A stretch of DNA of 63,657 nt, counting the filler, from Hausera hauseri (lineage: Eukaryota): NCBI GenBank assembly GCA_046269625.1. It is 12 parts of 12 records of this genome, joined end to end, with 100 filler letters (N's around TTAATTAATTAA, not from the genome) between each part and the next. Parts side by side here need not be neighbours in the genome. Positions count along the whole stretch, not along the records: positions 38,794 to 44,208 come from JBJURY010259511.1; positions 44,309 to 49,031 come from JBJURY010461245.1; positions 49,132 to 58,950 come from JBJURY010283282.1; 9 more parts are not named here. The stretch is one strand, 5' to 3'. A program made the translations under genes and the position numbers. Positions 39,091 to 51,071 of this stretch are shown in pieces; the stretch's first letter is position 1; every line of letters starts with the position of its first letter. A model generated the notes under the pieces. It was given only the letters and a program-made list of their open reading frames with translations, ran no database searches and had not been told where the DNA came from.

Positions 39091-40614
39091 TCACACGTCG
39101 GTTTCAACACTCGTTATAAACTGATACGATGTTCTGTTCGTTTGGTTTGGTTTTGTGTAATGTTTGACAGTTGGTTCTGTGGAATTACAGTTGACTAAAT
39201 AGATCTTATTTTCTTCCGTTAATGGATGTGTCAAACTCGACGGAACTTCATTATCATACGACGATGCTGAACTCAACGAATTTTTTGGTTGAGAATACCT
39301 TCCGAACGTTGAATTGCTACTCGTTTCGCTATGAACTTTGTCGCCGTTTAAGGCAGAGGAGATATGGACGTAGACTTGTTTGTCGTCCATTTCTATTTCT
39401 CGATGGTAAAAATAATTGAAGTTTGATACAATCACAGGCACAGGCAACGCAATTGTAAGCACGCCGGCAATGGCACACAAACTTCCGACGAGTTTTCCAC
39501 CAATAGTTACTGGGTGCATATCACCATATCCTACCGTAGTCATCGTAACGACTGCCCACCAAAATGCGTCGGGAATACTACGGAACAAAGTTTGATTACA
39601 ATCAATTTCTGCAAAGTATACAATGCTATTAAATAAAATTACACAAATCAGTAAGAAGAAAATCAGTAATCCCAACTCCCTCGTACTGGCCTTCAATGTT
39701 CTGCCGAGAATCTGAAGGTCTTTTGAATGTCCGAAAAATGGCCAAGGAAGTTGTTTGAGTGTTACGTTTTGTATCGTCAACAAGAGTTGTGCCCAAAGTA
39801 ATAAAATATGGCATTATGGCAACAAGATCGATGAGATTCATCATTTTTCGGAAAAATATCAATTTTCCAGGACAAGAAGCAAAGCGCACAAGCAGTTCAA
39901 ATGTAAACCAAATGATACAGCACGTCTCTATGACAAAAAACGGTTCTGTAAATTTCGGGATGTCGTCTTCGATTTCTATTTGAGGCGAAGTAAGCGTAGG
40001 AGTGATTTTCTTAATAACTCGATAGAATTTGAAATTAGGCAGTGTTTCAACGCAAAATATCACAATGGAAATAACAATTACAAAGACAGAAATAATCGCA
40101 ACACAGCGCGCTGATGTCGAACTCTCTGTATATTCGAATAACAAACAAACTCGTCGTTGAAATTCATTTTCCGGAAGTACTCGAACTTTTCTTTAATGTA
40201 ACCTTCATCATCTCGATATTTGTCAATGGCTTACTCACCCTATTCGTAGAATTTTATTTCCTCCATAAAGACATCAATTGGAACATTTATGTACAAAATG
40301 GCATCAAAACTCGGTCGGTTTCGATAAAAAAATACTCATTACGCAGTGAATCGTAATAGACATTACGTTTGTCAGGATTCCCGAGAAGCGTATTCGGAAA
40401 CATAGATAATGTGCACAAATGCGTTTCAAATTTTAACCCGCTAATGTTTATCACAATTCGACCGTCTTCATGGCAAATTTGATCATCCCGTTCAGTATGC
40501 GTTGGAATATCATCGACAAATTCTTGTGGTTTATCAATTCAATTTTCAATTCTAATAATTCCAACCCAAGAGTTTGGATTACAACATTCAAACCTTGTAG
40601 CCATATAGTTTCAT
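39091..40614 (-). pseudogene. Sh: Intronless Shaker/Kv1-family potassium channel pseudogene
   Basis: T1 [36 protein letters not shown]1-S3 present. Pore [21 protein letters not shown]6 [22 protein letters not shown]-terminal ETDV. Stops at 40231 and 40240, frameshifts, and deletions in T1 and S4. Start position approximate. Confidence 0.92.
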
Positions 40615-40737
40615 CCTTATTGATGAGCAAACAGAGGTCTTGTTGGTGGCTGCTTTGGATTTTAAATTTTTACAATGTCGTTGGTGGTTATTAGTAACAT
40701 AGTGGTTTGCAACAATTTAACTTCTTCAATATTGGCG

Positions 40738-40837
40738 GGAGATCGGAGCCTGCTCATGTGCCCGACGCAACGGCAGGGGAATCCCGGCCGTGCCCAACGA
40801 AATGGGCCCGAGGGCGGCGATCGACGCGGGCACCACA
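40738..40837 (-). repeat. Isolated LTR fragment homologous to 4112-4212
   Basis: Begins TGTGGTGCCCGC on the minus strand. About 80% identity over 100 nt; GC-rich island in AT-rich DNA. Confidence 0.75.
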
Positions 40838-42263
40838 AGCTGATAGAGCCATAATTTGTATTTTTCAGATTCTGAAAAATTAAGGTCTTCGAGATTTTCT
40901 ATTATTTTTCTTAAGCCAACATTAAAGAACCATAGTTTTCCATTGCCTGACTCTGTATAACCTTTTTCACAGAATTCAATTTTAACCTCATGTTCTGACA
41001 TAAACATGGATTTCTTTCTGTAATAACGCGGTGTTTGCTTCTGAAATATAATGTGTTCTTGGTCGTTGAGCAACTGACGAAAAAGTCGACGTAGTACGAT
41101 TTGGAGATTTAGAAGGCACTCCATTAGATTTTGAATAAATATCAGTAAAAACTTTTAGTTTATTGCCAACCGTATGAAAACTGTCAGGCAACGGTAGAAA
41201 CAAACAATACACCGGTCTAATGGCACCGAACTGTGAACCGGTTGCCAAAAGTGGTGGCGACGCCCGAAACCGCAGTACCACAATTAAGATGTCAACATTT
41301 TTTGGAAAACGCAATTTTTACAATCGAAATGAGGTACTGAACATTGGTAATAAAAACATAGGAGATATTTTGTGTTTTCAACCATGTTCACATTGAAATT
41401 CTATCAAATTTGATTTTAAATGAAAAACAAAATTTAATGTTGATCAAAAAATAACTATCATGAAATATCATCAGAAAATGATTGAAGTCATAAAAGATTT
41501 TGGAATAAAAATTACTTCATAAATTTTTGTTGAGATTTTCAGTATGTACAATTTCTATAATATTTTGATAGGTATATGAAAGTACTGAATACTTTTGACA
41601 GAATTCGCACGACGATGAACTGTAATCAGAATGTCGGATGATGCATTTGTGATGAAACCACGCGGCGTAGTCGAGTTTGTGGACAAGTTCCATGTCGAAT
41701 TGATGAATGATCGGTTTGTCGTCATTTCAGTAATTGTCATCGTTAACGATCTGTATTGGTTTATCGGCGAATAGATTTGGCAATTTCGGCAGATCGTCCA
41801 TTGGATTAGTGGTCGGTAAATCCATGTTTCTGCTTTGATGATAATGATGTTGCAGCGGCGGCCGCGGCTGATGATGACGACGAGAACAATGCGGATTGGC
41901 TGATGCTGTTGCTTTCCTTTACTCAAAAATTTTAACTGACCTGCTGATCCGTGTGTGAGGTTATAATCGAGAGCGGAAATTCTAAATTTAAATTAGAAAC
42001 ATTTTTAAATTTTGTAAATTCGACCATGTATTTAAATTAAAAATGTAATATTAAAAGTATAATTTAATTTTCGAATTTTCGGAAAATTTGTTTCCAAATG
42101 ATTATTTTGAGATAAAATATATTTTCAACAACTGGTGTTACATTGCAATGAGTAATTACAAACGACCAAATTCTGATTTAGCGGACATACAAGCGGCGGG
42201 CATTTTCGAACTCTACCCAAGCTGGGCGACGATGCTAACGGCGTAGATGCTCACGCAGACAAC

Positions 42264-44208
42264 ATGGCGACTTACGCCACAATGGATATCATCGCAAACT
42301 AATTGTTGCCCAACAAATTCAGAAAAGGCGACGACGTGGAGAAGTTCATTAAAGCATGTCAAAAATTCTTTAAATATATGAACACTCCGACGTCGAAGCG
42401 GGAAATCATAGTTGAATGTCTCTTGGAGGAAGAAGCATAAAAAAGATACGAGGCAGTAGATGCAAAAATAATTGGATATGAATACCGTCGACGGAAGGCT
42501 TTAGCCCGATCCTCAACGCTGTGCGAAGATCTGAAAGAAGCACTCGAGTACAGAATGAATGGAGCGAAACCGGAGGCTTACTTCGAGGCAATCGAGAAAC
42601 TGCTCGGTAAAATCATGAAACATGATCTTTCTCGCGAGGCTTTGAAAGAGGAACTATTGTTCCAATGTTGTAACAATAGAGATGAGAAGAGAAATATGCC
42701 TCAGTGACAAAAGAGACGCGGAAGCCATAAAGGAGAAAATACGGAAGATACACGAAGTAAATATTAAGACAGAAGTCAACACGGTTAAGGAGTATCCGGG
42801 AATCGGTAGAAGAAGCCACCAGGAAGTGGCAGAATAAAATATCAGGAAACCCGTTCCTAGAATCAACACGACTCCAACTAGAACATCAAATAGTAGATTA
42901 AAGTGTTGCACATACCAGAAGGAAGGACATACAAGCAGAACTTGCACCGTACAGAGACCGATAAAATGCTTTGAATGCGGAAAAGAAGGACACATAAGCA
43001 GCAAGTGTCCAGAAAGGAAACCATTAAGATGCTACGGATGTGGTCAGCTAGGGCACATCAGACGAAATTGTACAAAGCTTAGCTGTGCGACATGTCACCA
43101 TAGGGGATATACCGAAAAGGAGTGCTACAGCAGGCTGGAGGGGAAAAGAGAACCATCATGGGATACATAAAAAGTGAAAAGAAGGTATGGGGATAATTTG
43201 AACAGAAGACGGGGAACGTCGCAAACGTAGAGGAAGAGGAAACAGAATCGGAACAGGAGTTAGTTTCCCCAAAAGGCAGGGCCCCGATAGAAGTGGAGCA
43301 AATCGGTGTACTACAATAGATTTAGTCGCCCGAAATATCGTTATATATAATAGTAGTAGTATATCAAACAGTACAGACTGATTAAGAAGGGGACACGGAG
43401 ATATAGTGATGGATAAAAGGACACAGGGAAAAGTACGGAAATTTATGAAAACGGAAATTTTCCAGGAATAATCCTCCAGCGGAATAGAGGAAAGTGGAAA
43501 CGATGCGCATATCTTCACGCTACACGAATTGTACATTGAACAGATTTCATACAGGAAGTTTAATGGACGACCAGGAATCAAATTAAAGATACAAAACAGA
43601 TGGGAAGATTGCTTATTGGACAGGGGCCAGGGTAAACATCATAAGCAAAAAGATCGTGGATAAACTATCAAACACACACAGAGAAATCAGATGCCACACT
43701 ACGATGCGCGAACAATAACATCTTAGATTGCCTGGTCACACTTACAACAGATGTAGAAATCAAGGGTCTAAGGAGACTTGAGACATTTCTGGTAGTGTTG
43801 GAATTACATCCATAAATAACAGGTTCTGTGGTGCAAATGCCTTCCGTGGTGCAAAAGGCATTCAGAAGAGAACTGTAGTGGAAACGCACGGAAATGGAAA
43901 CATTACAGCAAAATATATGCAACCTGGAGGTGAGTAACCAAGAACGAGTCAACAGGGTGAAGGAAGCTCTTCAGATGAGTGAAAACAAAGAGCTACTCAA
44001 CATTATACAGAAATACCAAGAAGTATTCATGACTGACAAGTGGGACATAGGTTGCACATCTCTCATCAAACACCGAATAGACACGACAGGAGCGCCGATT
44101 AATATCAAACCTCACAGCCAACCAATAAATGTAGAAAAAAAGATCGACGAGACCATCCGAAACCTATGGGAAAACGACATTATCAAGCCATGTAACTCAG
44201 CATGGAAT
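42264..44208 (+). mobile_element. Ty3/Gypsy gag-protease-RT start, disrupted
   Basis: Gag start LLPNKFRKGDDVEKFIKAC. Four consecutive CCHC-type knuckles at about 42900-43130 (CFECGKEGHISSKC, CYGCGQLGHIRRNC and two degenerate ones). Protease remnant CLLD(T)GA near 43610. WDIGCTSLIKHRIDT..PCNSAWN. Confidence 0.88.
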
Positions 44209-44509
44209 NNNNNNNNNNNNNNNNNNNNNNNNNNNNNNNNNNNNNNNNNNNNTTAATTAATTAANNNNNNNNNNNNNNNNNNNNNNNNNNNNNNNNNNNN
44301 NNNNNNNNGAAATCCATTGAGATCATCAATCTCTTTTACAAGGATGTCCTGGGCTATATACACATATAGCAACAGGCTTAACAAAAACAAACAAACAAAA
44401 CAAAACAAAAAAAAAACAGTATCAATACATTAAAAATAAAATATAAGTAAAAGAAACATACATCAATAAAACATAAAATACAATGTAAGTTAAGAAAATC
44501 ACAAAACAG

Positions 44510-47500
44510 TTAAACATTACAGGTACAAGATTTGACTAAAACCTCAGACAATTTTTGTTTAAAACTAGCTAAAGGAATAAAAGACTCCAACCTCAACTTA
44601 AGCTGCAGATCATTCCAAGACCACGGGCCGAAATAGGACAAACTCATCTTTGCTGACTCTGTGCGCACAAAGGGTACCTTAAACCGCAGCCAGCTACTGG
44701 CCCTGAGACTGTGTGTGTTCTGTAGTGAAATGAAATTGGAGCAGATATATGATGGTAATTTTCCTAAAATGGCTTTGTATATGAAAATATACCAATGTTT
44801 CATTCTTCGAACATTGAGAGAAGTAAGTCCAGCAAGGGTGTATAGAGTACAGTGGTGAGTCCTAAAGGATGAGCCTGTGATATACCTCAGAGCAGCATGG
44901 TAAATAGGGTCCAATTTAGCTAAGGTAGTGGGAGAGGTAAATCTATAGACTGTGTCTCCATAGTCCAGCTGTGATAAAAACAAACTTGTTACAAGCCGTT
45001 TACGAGAAGAAGTAGAAAAACATGATTTTAGTCTGTACAAAACACTTAGAGTAAATTTTAGCTTTTTTGTTAGATATGCAATGTGATGTTTAAAATTAAG
45101 ATCTTTATCCAGCCAAATACCAAGATATTTGTATGTGTCTACAAGTTCTATGACATGACCATTCAGAGTTTTGATAGTAGGGATGGTTACCACAGAATTA
45201 TGGGAAAACAACATTATTTTGGTTTTGTTAGCATTCAAGACCAATTTTGAATCACAGAGAGCTTTCTGTAAGAAGTTGAAATCTGTCTGAAGATTTGACT
45301 GTACTGCATCTAGAGAGGGTGCTGATGAGTATAGAACTGTATCATCTGCATACATATGGTAAGAGGAGAATTTAAGTTGATCACAGATGTGATTAATATA
45401 GAGTAAAAAGAGTAAGGGCCCTAAAATAGACCCTTGTGGCACCCCTTTGTTCAGTGTGACCGCATCTGACAAAACTGAACCGAATCGAACAAACTGTATG
45501 CGTTTAGTTAGGTAGCTGTTAAACCAACTAACCATGTTTGTATTAAAACCAAGTTTTAGTATGATGTTGATTAGGTGACAGTGGTCCACGGTGTCAAACG
45601 CCTTAGTTAGATCAATAAACAATGCTAAACAAGCATGCTTACTTCCAAGCGCTGTTTTAAAATCATCTATAACTTTTAAGGTTGTTGTAATTGTACTGTG
45701 TCCTGCTCTGAAGCCAGACTGGAAATTGTTTAAAATGTTGTGAGTTTGAAGTAACTGTTTGAGCTGGACAGATACCAAAGACTCAAAGACTTTGGCTAGA
45801 ACTGAAAGATTTGAAATTGGTCTGTAATTGTTCATGTCTGTGGGATCACCAGATTTAAGTAAAGGAATAACAAAAGCCTGTTTCCACAAAGCAGGAAATG
45901 TATTTGAAGCAAATGACAAATTAAAAATGTCAGTCACGGGTTGTGCAATAATTGGAGCAGCTAATTTAAGGAAAAAAGGATCAAGTCCATCAGGCCCTGC
46001 AGATTTCTGAAGGTCTAATGTTTGCAAAGCTTGCAAAACATCTGACAATAGCAAAGGTGTAAAGCTAAAGTTGGGAGCAGAGTTAGGAATAGATATATTG
46101 GATTTATTTACAGATGATTCAGGTGATTGATGAGCAGCCTGAGTTGAATCAAAGATGTGACCAGCCTTTTTGAAGTAATTATTAAATACATTTGACATGT
46201 CTTTTTTATCAGTAATAAAAGAATCATTATGCTTCAATTTCTGAGGGAGGTTGGAAGCTGGCTTATTTTGTAACCTTTTAATTGTCTTCCAAAACTTGGA
46301 GTGATCATTAAAGTTATCTGTGGTTAGGTTTAAATAATAGCTGGATTTAGATTTTCTAATAAATGAAGTGCTTTTATTTCTAAGTTCACGAAAGCGCTGC
46401 CAATCGGATTCAGACTTGGTTTTTCTTGCAACTGACCATTGTTTATTTCGCTCATGTAACAAATCTGCCAAATCCTTTGTGAACCAGGGACTATCTCTAT
46501 TTTTTATTCTAAGTTTTTTAAATGGAGCATGTTTATTTATTATCGAAATGAATTTATCTTGGAAAAAGATGGCAGCATCATCAACAAAAGGTATTAAATT
46601 TATTTGTTGCCAGTTCACCAGAGCTAAATCGTGAAGAAAGGCTTGCTCTGAGAAATGTTTAAAGTAACGTTTTTTGACAATTCGACTTTTTGACTTTGAC
46701 ATTTTAGTGTTTCTCACACAAGCAATGCAGCAATGATCACTGATATCATTCGGAAAAACTCCTATGGCTGTAAACTTGTAAGGAGTATTTGTTAAAATAA
46801 TATCAATTAGTGTATCATTGCCTGGTTTTGCTGAATTGATCCTAGTAGGGCTATCAATAAGCTGGGTAAGGTTCAGTGTGTCACATGACTGTTTAAAAAT
46901 TGAAGATTTCTCACTTAACCAATCTAAGTTCAGATCCCCCATTAATATAAACTCATGAGACAAATATTTAGATAAAACATCAGACAGATTAGCGATAGAA
47001 TTAGCAGATGCTGAGGGAGGTCTGTAGCACCCACATATTGTAATGGGAGAGTTAGCCAAAATTATTTGTACAGCCAAAAACTCATATTGTTTAGGAATAG
47101 ATATGGAATGCAGTAATGATCCTTGTAAATGCTCAGATACATACATGGCCACACCTCCAGCTCTGCCTTTTCTATCTGCTCGAAACACATTATAACCAGC
47201 AATATAGATAATGTCATCAGGTACACTTGGTTTTAACCAGGACTCTGAAACAATCACTATATCAGGTTTAGCAGTGATGAACCACGTTTTGAACAGATCG
47301 AATTTCCGAACTAGGCTTCTGGCATTAAAGTGTAAAAAACCAAGACCATGTCTATGGCTAAAGACATCAGGCGTTGATAAGTGACATAGATTATTGACCA
47401 TAAAAGGCTCTGGGCCAGGATTACTGTTTACATTTCCTGACAGCAACAAAAGCAACAGAATAAATATCCTAGAAAAACTGTTTTTAATCTTGGATTTCAG

Positions 47501-47761
47501 ACGATTGGAGTTTTGCATCCCAGTGTATTGCACTGAACGAACATTGTCCAAAATTAGCAGTGTGAAAGGTGAAAAATCTTTATATAGGCCTTGCAAAGGG
47601 TCACTTCCATGATTACTGATAGACAAAGTGTTTGTTTCTTGGAACAAAGGATGCATTAAATGGAAAGATTCATCCATATTTGGAGGACACACATTAGTTT
47701 TGTGGCACTGCAATAATACCATAAAAACAAAAAATGAAATAATTAATTTAACATTAGCCAT
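44510..47761 (-). CDS. LINE ORF2: leader + 2A-like motif + AP endonuclease + reverse transcriptase (1083 aa)
   Basis: APE motifs HFNARSL, SESWL, YRPP, MGDLN, IDII, SDHC. RT motifs GPDG, NYRPIS, QSGFR, FIDLTKAFDTVDH, GVPQGSILGPLLF, YADDT, YKYLG. No stops. Confidence 0.96.
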   Translation of the reverse strand: MANVKLIISFFVFMVLLQCHKTNVCPPNMDESFHLMHPLFQETNTLSISNHGSDPLQGLYKDFSPFTLLILDNVRSVQYTGMQNSNRLKSKIKNSFSRIFILLLLLLSGNVNSNPGPEPFMVNNLCHLSTPDVFSHRHGLGFLHFNARSLVRKFDLFKTWFITAKPDIVIVSESWLKPSVPDDIIYIAGYNVFRADRKGRAGGVAMYVSEHLQGSLLHSISIPKQYEFLAVQIILANSPITICGCYRPPSASANSIANLSDVLSKYLSHEFILMGDLNLDWLSEKSSIFKQSCDTLNLTQLIDSPTRINSAKPGNDTLIDIILTNTPYKFTAIGVFPNDISDHCCIACVRNTKMSKSKSRIVKKRYFKHFSEQAFLHDLALVNWQQINLIPFVDDAAIFFQDKFISIINKHAPFKKLRIKNRDSPWFTKDLADLLHERNKQWSVARKTKSESDWQRFRELRNKSTSFIRKSKSSYYLNLTTDNFNDHSKFWKTIKRLQNKPASNLPQKLKHNDSFITDKKDMSNVFNNYFKKAGHIFDSTQAAHQSPESSVNKSNISIPNSAPNFSFTPLLLSDVLQALQTLDLQKSAGPDGLDPFFLKLAAPIIAQPVTDIFNLSFASNTFPALWKQAFVIPLLKSGDPTDMNNYRPISNLSVLAKVFESLVSVQLKQLLQTHNILNNFQSGFRAGHSTITTTLKVIDDFKTALGSKHACLALFIDLTKAFDTVDHCHLINIILKLGFNTNMVSWFNSYLTKRIQFVRFGSVLSDAVTLNKGVPQGSILGPLLFLLYINHICDQLKFSSYHMYADDTVLYSSAPSLDAVQSNLQTDFNFLQKALCDSKLVLNANKTKIMLFSHNSVVTIPTIKTLNGHVIELVDTYKYLGIWLDKDLNFKHHIAYLTKKLKFTLSVLYRLKSCFSTSSRKRLVTSLFLSQLDYGDTVYRFTSPTTLAKLDPIYHAALRYITGSSFRTHHCTLYTLAGLTSLNVRRMKHWYIFIYKAILGKLPSYICSNFISLQNTHSLRASSWLRFKVPFVRTESAKMSLSYFGPWSWNDLQLKLRLESFIPLASFKQKLSEVLVKSCTCNV

Positions 47762-47939
47762 TTTGAATAAGTAGAAATGAAGAGTATGAAGTAGAACTAC
47801 ACCAAGTTTCAGGTAACTTTAGAAAATAATCTTTTAAAAGTTTGTCACCTGGATGGATGTTGAGATGGAATCTAGCAGTGGAGGCCTAGCTTTGTGAGCA
47901 AATGTTAGTAGCTAACAAGCATGCCCAACTAGAAAAGTC

Positions 47940-48196
47940 AGCTGGAGAAGCTAGTCAGAAGTGCAGGCATAGCTAGAGATGATGGTTACCAGAACAGGGC
48001 TGGAGAAACTGGTTACCAGAGCAGGCCCAGCTGGAGAAGCCAGTCAGCAGTGCAGGCAGGGCTGGAGAAACTGGTTACCAGAGCAGGTCCAGCTGGAGAA
48101 ACTAGTCAGCAGTGCAGGCAGGCTGGAGAAACTGGTTACCAGGGGCTGGAGAAACTGGTTACCAGAGCAGGCCCAGCTGGAGAAGCCAGTCAGCAG
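47940..48196. repeat. Tandem repeats (about 62-bp unit of two GCTGGAGAA-initiated subunits) in LINE 5'UTR
   Basis: GCTGGAGAAACTGGTTACCAGAGCAGGCCCA and GCTGGAGAAGCCAGTCAGCAGTGCAGGCAGG recur 3-4 times with partial units. Confidence 0.9.
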
Positions 48197-48262
48197 CTTC
48201 CGCATACGTTGTCTGTGACGTAAGATTGGGCATCTCTGCTCCAACGCGCATTGTAAATAATA

Positions 48263-48523
48263 ATGGCGGAGCATGTAGAATCAGACGAATGTAGCAGTTT
48301 TAGTGATGATCTAAGTGATTTGTCTTCAGTTTTGGAAGCCGAAGTTAGTTCGGGTGATGAACAAGAAACAGCAGGTTTTAATTGAGGTATTCAACCGTAT
48401 TTATATGAACCTTGCCGTTCAGGAAGCGAGTCTGAACCCGAAATTTCAGAGGAGGAAGTATTTGAGGGTGAAGACGTGATGGAACCCGATCTAACTCTTT
48501 ACAGAGCACTGAATGGTAATGGT
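48263..48523 (+). pseudogene. Acidic N-terminus with GIQPYLYEP motif, as in P2X7-ballast-like proteins carried by Kolobok-type DNA transposons
   Basis: MAEHVESDE..GIQPYLYEP..EEEVF..RALNG with one stop. The Cys-rich domain that should follow is absent. Confidence 0.33.
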
Positions 48524-49132
48524 TTAATTAATGTATCTAATAATTATTCAACATTAATTATAGTTTAAAAAATATGAGTCCCTTTGAAGTATCTGTATTT
48601 TTTATACGTTTATTTTAACATACGAGATGAAAAACATCATTCTTATTTCCACAGATGTAATGTGCATGTGTAAATACACTGAATGTTCACTATATCTTAA
48701 GAGTTTATATATGAATCATCACATCAAAAATGAATTTTCACTGAAATTCTGTCTAAATTACATCAGTGCATTTAATGATTACTGCTTAGTTACTTACTTA
48801 CTGCCTAGTTTTATCATAAAAATATTTTCAATTCAATGAAAACACAAAACAATGGTATTGTTTTATAAATATTTATCCACTGTAAATAATGCAAAGATCT
48901 GATATATCTCAAAATTATATAAATAAATGCTGGTGAAGAATCTCAGTCGTCCAAAATGTAGTGATATACCTCCTCCATCAATTTGTCTCTGAAGACCCTT
49001 GGAAAGAACAGAAACTGTTATTCCATTAATTNNNNNNNNNNNNNNNNNNNNNNNNNNNNNNNNNNNNNNNNNNNNTTAATTAATTAANNNNNNNNNNNNN
49101 NNNNNNNNNNNNNNNNNNNNNNNNNNNNNNNT

Positions 49133-51071
49133 CTGAGTTTTCTTCATGAAATGTGAGACTCTAAGTATGTAGTGTTTTTGTCGTTTCTAGGTGTCTGTAC
49201 TATGTGTGCATATTCCAGCACCGAGTGGCCCCATTAACAAAGTCCTTCTGGGCCTGGCACGCAAATACACTCGGCTGCTTTGGTCTATCAAAACATAAGT
49301 GTTCAAGTTACGATTTCTTTAGTTGTCCTGGTCAGGGATTCAGCTTCTTCCAGGTTCACGAGCTGGTGCATACTGGCTCCAAAGATACCACGTTTCTCCT
49401 TTTCCTCTCAACCGGACTGCATGAGAGGTTCTCTCTCTCCACCACCAGGTGGGGTCCTTTCCCTCTTTTGAGCAAGACCCAGTCTGGTGTGGAGCCATAT
49501 CCAGTCTCCTCATTTACATATTTTCCTCCTGTTGAGAAAAAGCTGGACACCAAAGCTTGCAAATTGTTAAATACACAAATGGCCTATTTGATGGTTTTAT
49601 CTATGAAATCCCCTGGCCCATTTATGGACCTGGAAAAAGCCTAACTGTAATTTCTTCATAGTGATTAAAAGTTCTTAAGTCTAGGACAACCTGATGGTCA
49701 TTATTTCAGTACTCTTAAACTGTAATGATTATAATAAACAGTACTTGGAAAAAACTAAATTAAAATGCCATTCTTACATTCATCTATAAATTTGAAATTG
49801 AAATGATGTACATACTGGACTTCTCCAGAAATACCTGTGTACTCTCCCATTACCTTCTCCATCATTTCAAGCATTTGCCTTCAATGGATCTACCTAAAAT
49901 AAGCAAAGTTATCTCCACAAAAAACAACACATCACAATAAATAATACACAGCAATAAGTGATACATTTTTCAGTGCAAACAAATAATCAGTAAAATAAAG
50001 TTTTCAGGGATACCCCTTGGCACCTGCCATTGGAATTAGGGTTAATATAATACAACTTATACTGACCTCCTCACGGAGCCTGTGGAAGGAACTTTATTGA
50101 CGCATGCGCAGAAAACAGAGTGCAATATAAACTTGAAAGCTTTAAACAACTGGCATATAACTCCAGGTACCTGTTCCTGAAACCTTTTATTATCCCAATT
50201 TACCTATATGAAGTCAAGTCCAGTCAAGTCAAGTCAAGTTTGTTTAAAAATACTGAACCACCATTTAAAAATACAGAACCACCACTTTTTCTAATTAACC
50301 TTTGTTCAGGAATCTGTGTTCTGATCCTGATGTCTAATTTAGGTCGGTCGGTAGGGGCGTCCCCCTGTTTGACCGATGTTGGGCGGGAACACCAGATGAT
50401 GTTCCTGAAATCTGTACACAAGAGAAAATACTTTTGTTAAAAAATATACCAGAGCAATATCATTTTTTAGGCTTCTAATTTATTTCACTATCCAAATGTC
50501 AATGTGGTTATTTCAACTTATCCTTCAAACAAATCAGGTTTCTAATTGGCTTAGGCTCATGATTGGCTTTTGTTGTTCTATTAAATATAAAACCTAAGAA
50601 GCTATTTTGTATACCTAATGCTCTAATCATTGTATGAACTGTTTCCTGCTAAGAACATCCTTCAACCTCCCCTTTTTTGAAAAAGTGTGCTGTTTCAAAA
50701 TAATTTACTAACACACAGTCTGACTATTAGTTTCAGAAATATTAAAATAATATGGTGTAGTCGTACCATCCCTATTACAGTTAATCAATCTAGGTTTTAA
50801 AACCTCTAGCTGAACCCAAATTCTTATATAATTTTTCCCCAGGAATTAACCATTAAATAAATGTCATCCTTTGTTGCAAACCAGACATGCTAATGAACCC
50901 ATTCAAGGTAAAGATCATCACTTATTATTAATTCAGAAAAATTAGCCAACTCAATCTAAATCAGGTTTTAGGTACCGGTTTTTCTATTATTATCAATTAA
51001 CGGTTTCTCTTGTGATCAACCTGAAAAATGAAAAGTTAAAAATCAATATATTGCTCAGGGGTGGGGAGCAT
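49133..51071 (-). repeat. Internal segment of retrovirus-like LTR element, copy B (direct repeat of 56016-57935)
   Basis: Colinear similarity with indels. Contains integrase C-terminal remnant PDWVLLK..GPHLVVER..SHAVRLRGKGETWYLWSQ (about 49355-49490). Confidence 0.9.

Larger units (their letters stand above)
44309..48200 (-). mobile_element. CR1/L2-group non-LTR retrotransposon, apparently full-length and single-ORF
   Basis: Intact ORF, T-rich 3'UTR ending in the CCTTGTAAAAGAGATT..ATCTCAATGG tail type seen in fish LINEs, 5'UTR with tandem repeats, no ORF1. Confidence 0.85.

Noticed and set aside
42125-42142. CAACA-AC-TGGTG as LTR end plus PBS
   Set aside because: tRNA complementarity does not extend convincingly and there is no second LTR to compare.
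47940-48196. Repeat array as CRISPR
   Set aside because: No unique spacers, no cas genes, eukaryotic LINE context.
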